A stretch of 64,000 nt of DNA, taken from assembly GCF_004010195.1 (NCBI RefSeq), contig NC_057719.1, positions 66,336,066 to 66,400,065 of the forward strand, read 5' to 3'. This DNA comes from Chiloscyllium plagiosum. Lineage: Eukaryota. Below are positions 62,420-64,000 of the stretch, piece by piece (the stretch's first letter is position 1; each line of letters begins with the position of its first letter). The notes under the pieces were generated by a model, which made no database searches, was not told where the DNA came from, and was given only the letters and a program-made list of their open reading frames with translations. The position numbers and the translations under genes are program-made.

Positions 62420-64000
62420 ATGGCCTTTAATAGAGTGATATGTACTTCTTGTCAGATTTGTGAGTTTTAAGGGTTACTGCGGATTATATCTACCATAAAT
62501 GCTGCTGGCTGTGAATCTTATCAGATCGAATGGATCGGTTGGAGAGACAGTTAGAAGCCATGAGGGATTTGCAACAACAACAGTATGTGATGGATGGCAG
62601 TTATCGGAAGGGGGGAAAGTCTCAGATACAGTCACATAGATGGGTTAACTCCAGGAAAGGTAAGAGGTAGGCAGCTAGTGCACGAGTCTTTTGTGGATAT
62701 ACCCATTTCAAATAGGTATGCTGTTTTGGAAAATGTAGGGGTTAATGGATTCTCAGGGGAACGTAGCACCAACAGCCAAGTTTCTGGTATTGAGACGAGC
62801 TCTAATGCAATGAGAGGTACGTCGGGTTCCAAGCGATCAATTGTGTCAGGGGATTCTCTAGTTCGAGATACAGACAGACATTTCTGTGGCCAGCAGCGAA
62901 AAAGCAGGATGGTGTGTTGCTTCCCTGGTGCCAGGATCAAGGATGTCTGAGAGGGTGCAGAATGTTCTCACAGGGGAGAGGGTGCAGCAAGAGGCCATTG
63001 TCCTCATTGGAACCAACGACAGAGGAAGGGAAAAGGTTTAGATTCTGAAGGGAGATTACAGAGATCCAGGTAGAAATTTAAAAAGGTCTTCAAGGGTAGT
63101 AATATCTTGATTACTCCCAATGCTATGAGCTAGTGAGGGCACGAATAGGAGAATAAAGCAGATGAATGCATGGCTGAGGAGCTGGTGTTTGGGAGAAGGA
63201 TTCACATTTTTGGATCATTGGAATCTTTTTTGGGAAAGAAGTGACCTGTACAAGAAGGACTGATTGCACTTGAATTCGAAGGGGACTAATATACTGGCAG
63301 GGAGATTTGCTAGAGATACTCTGGAGAATTTAAACTAGTAAGGTGGGGGGTGGAGGGGTGGGTGGGACCGAGGGAGATAGTGAGGAAAGAGATCAATCCG
63401 AGACTGGTACAGTTGAGAACAGCAGCAAGTCAAACAGTCAGGGCAGGCAGGGACAAGGTAGGACTAATAAATTAAACTGCGTTTATATCAATGCAAGAGG
63501 CCTAACAGGGAAGGCAGATAAACTCAGGGGATGGTTAGGAATGTGGGACTGGGATATCATAGCAATTACAGAAACGTGGCTCAAGGATGGGCAGGACTGG
63601 CAGCTTAATGTTCCAGGATACAAATGCTACAGGAAGGAGAGAAAGGGAGGCAAGAGAGGAGGGGGAGTGGCAATTTTGATCAGGGATAGCATTACAGCTG
63701 TGCTGAGGGAGGATATTCCTGGAAATACATCCAGGGAAGTTATTTGGGTGGAACTGAGAAATAAAGGGATCATCAACTTATTGGGATTGTATTTTCAACT
63801 TTGGTCTCCAGCATCTGCGGTCCTCACTTCCTCCATTGTATTATTGACCCCCTAATAGTCAGAGGGAAATTGAGAAACAAACTTGTAAGGAGATCTCCGC
63901 TATCTGTAAAAATAATAGGGTGGTTATGGTAGGGGATTTTAACTTTCCAAACATCAACTGGCATTGTGTTTAGGGTTTAGATGGACAGGAATTTCGTATG
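62420..64000 (+). mobile_element. CR1 LINE 5' part: ORF1 (SGNH esterase-like) and ORF2 AP endonuclease, degenerate, runs off the window
   Basis: IPISNRYAVL, IVSGDSLVR...VCCFPGARIKDV, IGTND; LNCVYINARGL...DIIAITETWL...GGGVAILI. Confidence 0.92.

Noticed and set aside
47950..64000. Downstream formin exons (FH1/FH2)
   Set aside because: No recognisable formin coding segment found; a small exon could have been missed

Overview
Vertebrate genomic DNA, very likely from a shark or ray: it carries HE1-type tRNA SINEs that share their 3' tail with HER1/CR1-type LINEs, plus DeuSINE-like relics. The window is repeat-rich and has one assembly gap (23207-23880). The only confidently recognisable host coding sequence is the ~2 kb first coding exon of a formin-1 (FMN1)-like gene on the + strand (acceptor 45818/45819, ATG 45943, phase-1 donor after 47899). 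A candidate CpG-enriched promoter and non-coding first exon lies at ~28.3-28.7 kb. The rest is decayed CR1, RTE and other LINEs, SINEs, solo LTRs, a Harbinger Myb/SANT relic and many Penelope-like element (PLE) fragments. The most striking pattern is a family of short PLE terminal-repeat insertions. They carry minimal hammerhead ribozyme cores (CUGAUGA-stem II-GAAAC-GUC), and several are fold-back palindromes that turn around at the ribozyme and are flanked by 14-16 bp direct repeats. Also notable are a ~198 bp AT-rich palindrome, a strong-context uORF plus an internal MGNQDGK start in the formin exon, and a phase-compatible chain of candidate minus-strand exons at the left end. All family assignments come from visual recognition, not database searches, and repeat boundaries are approximate.
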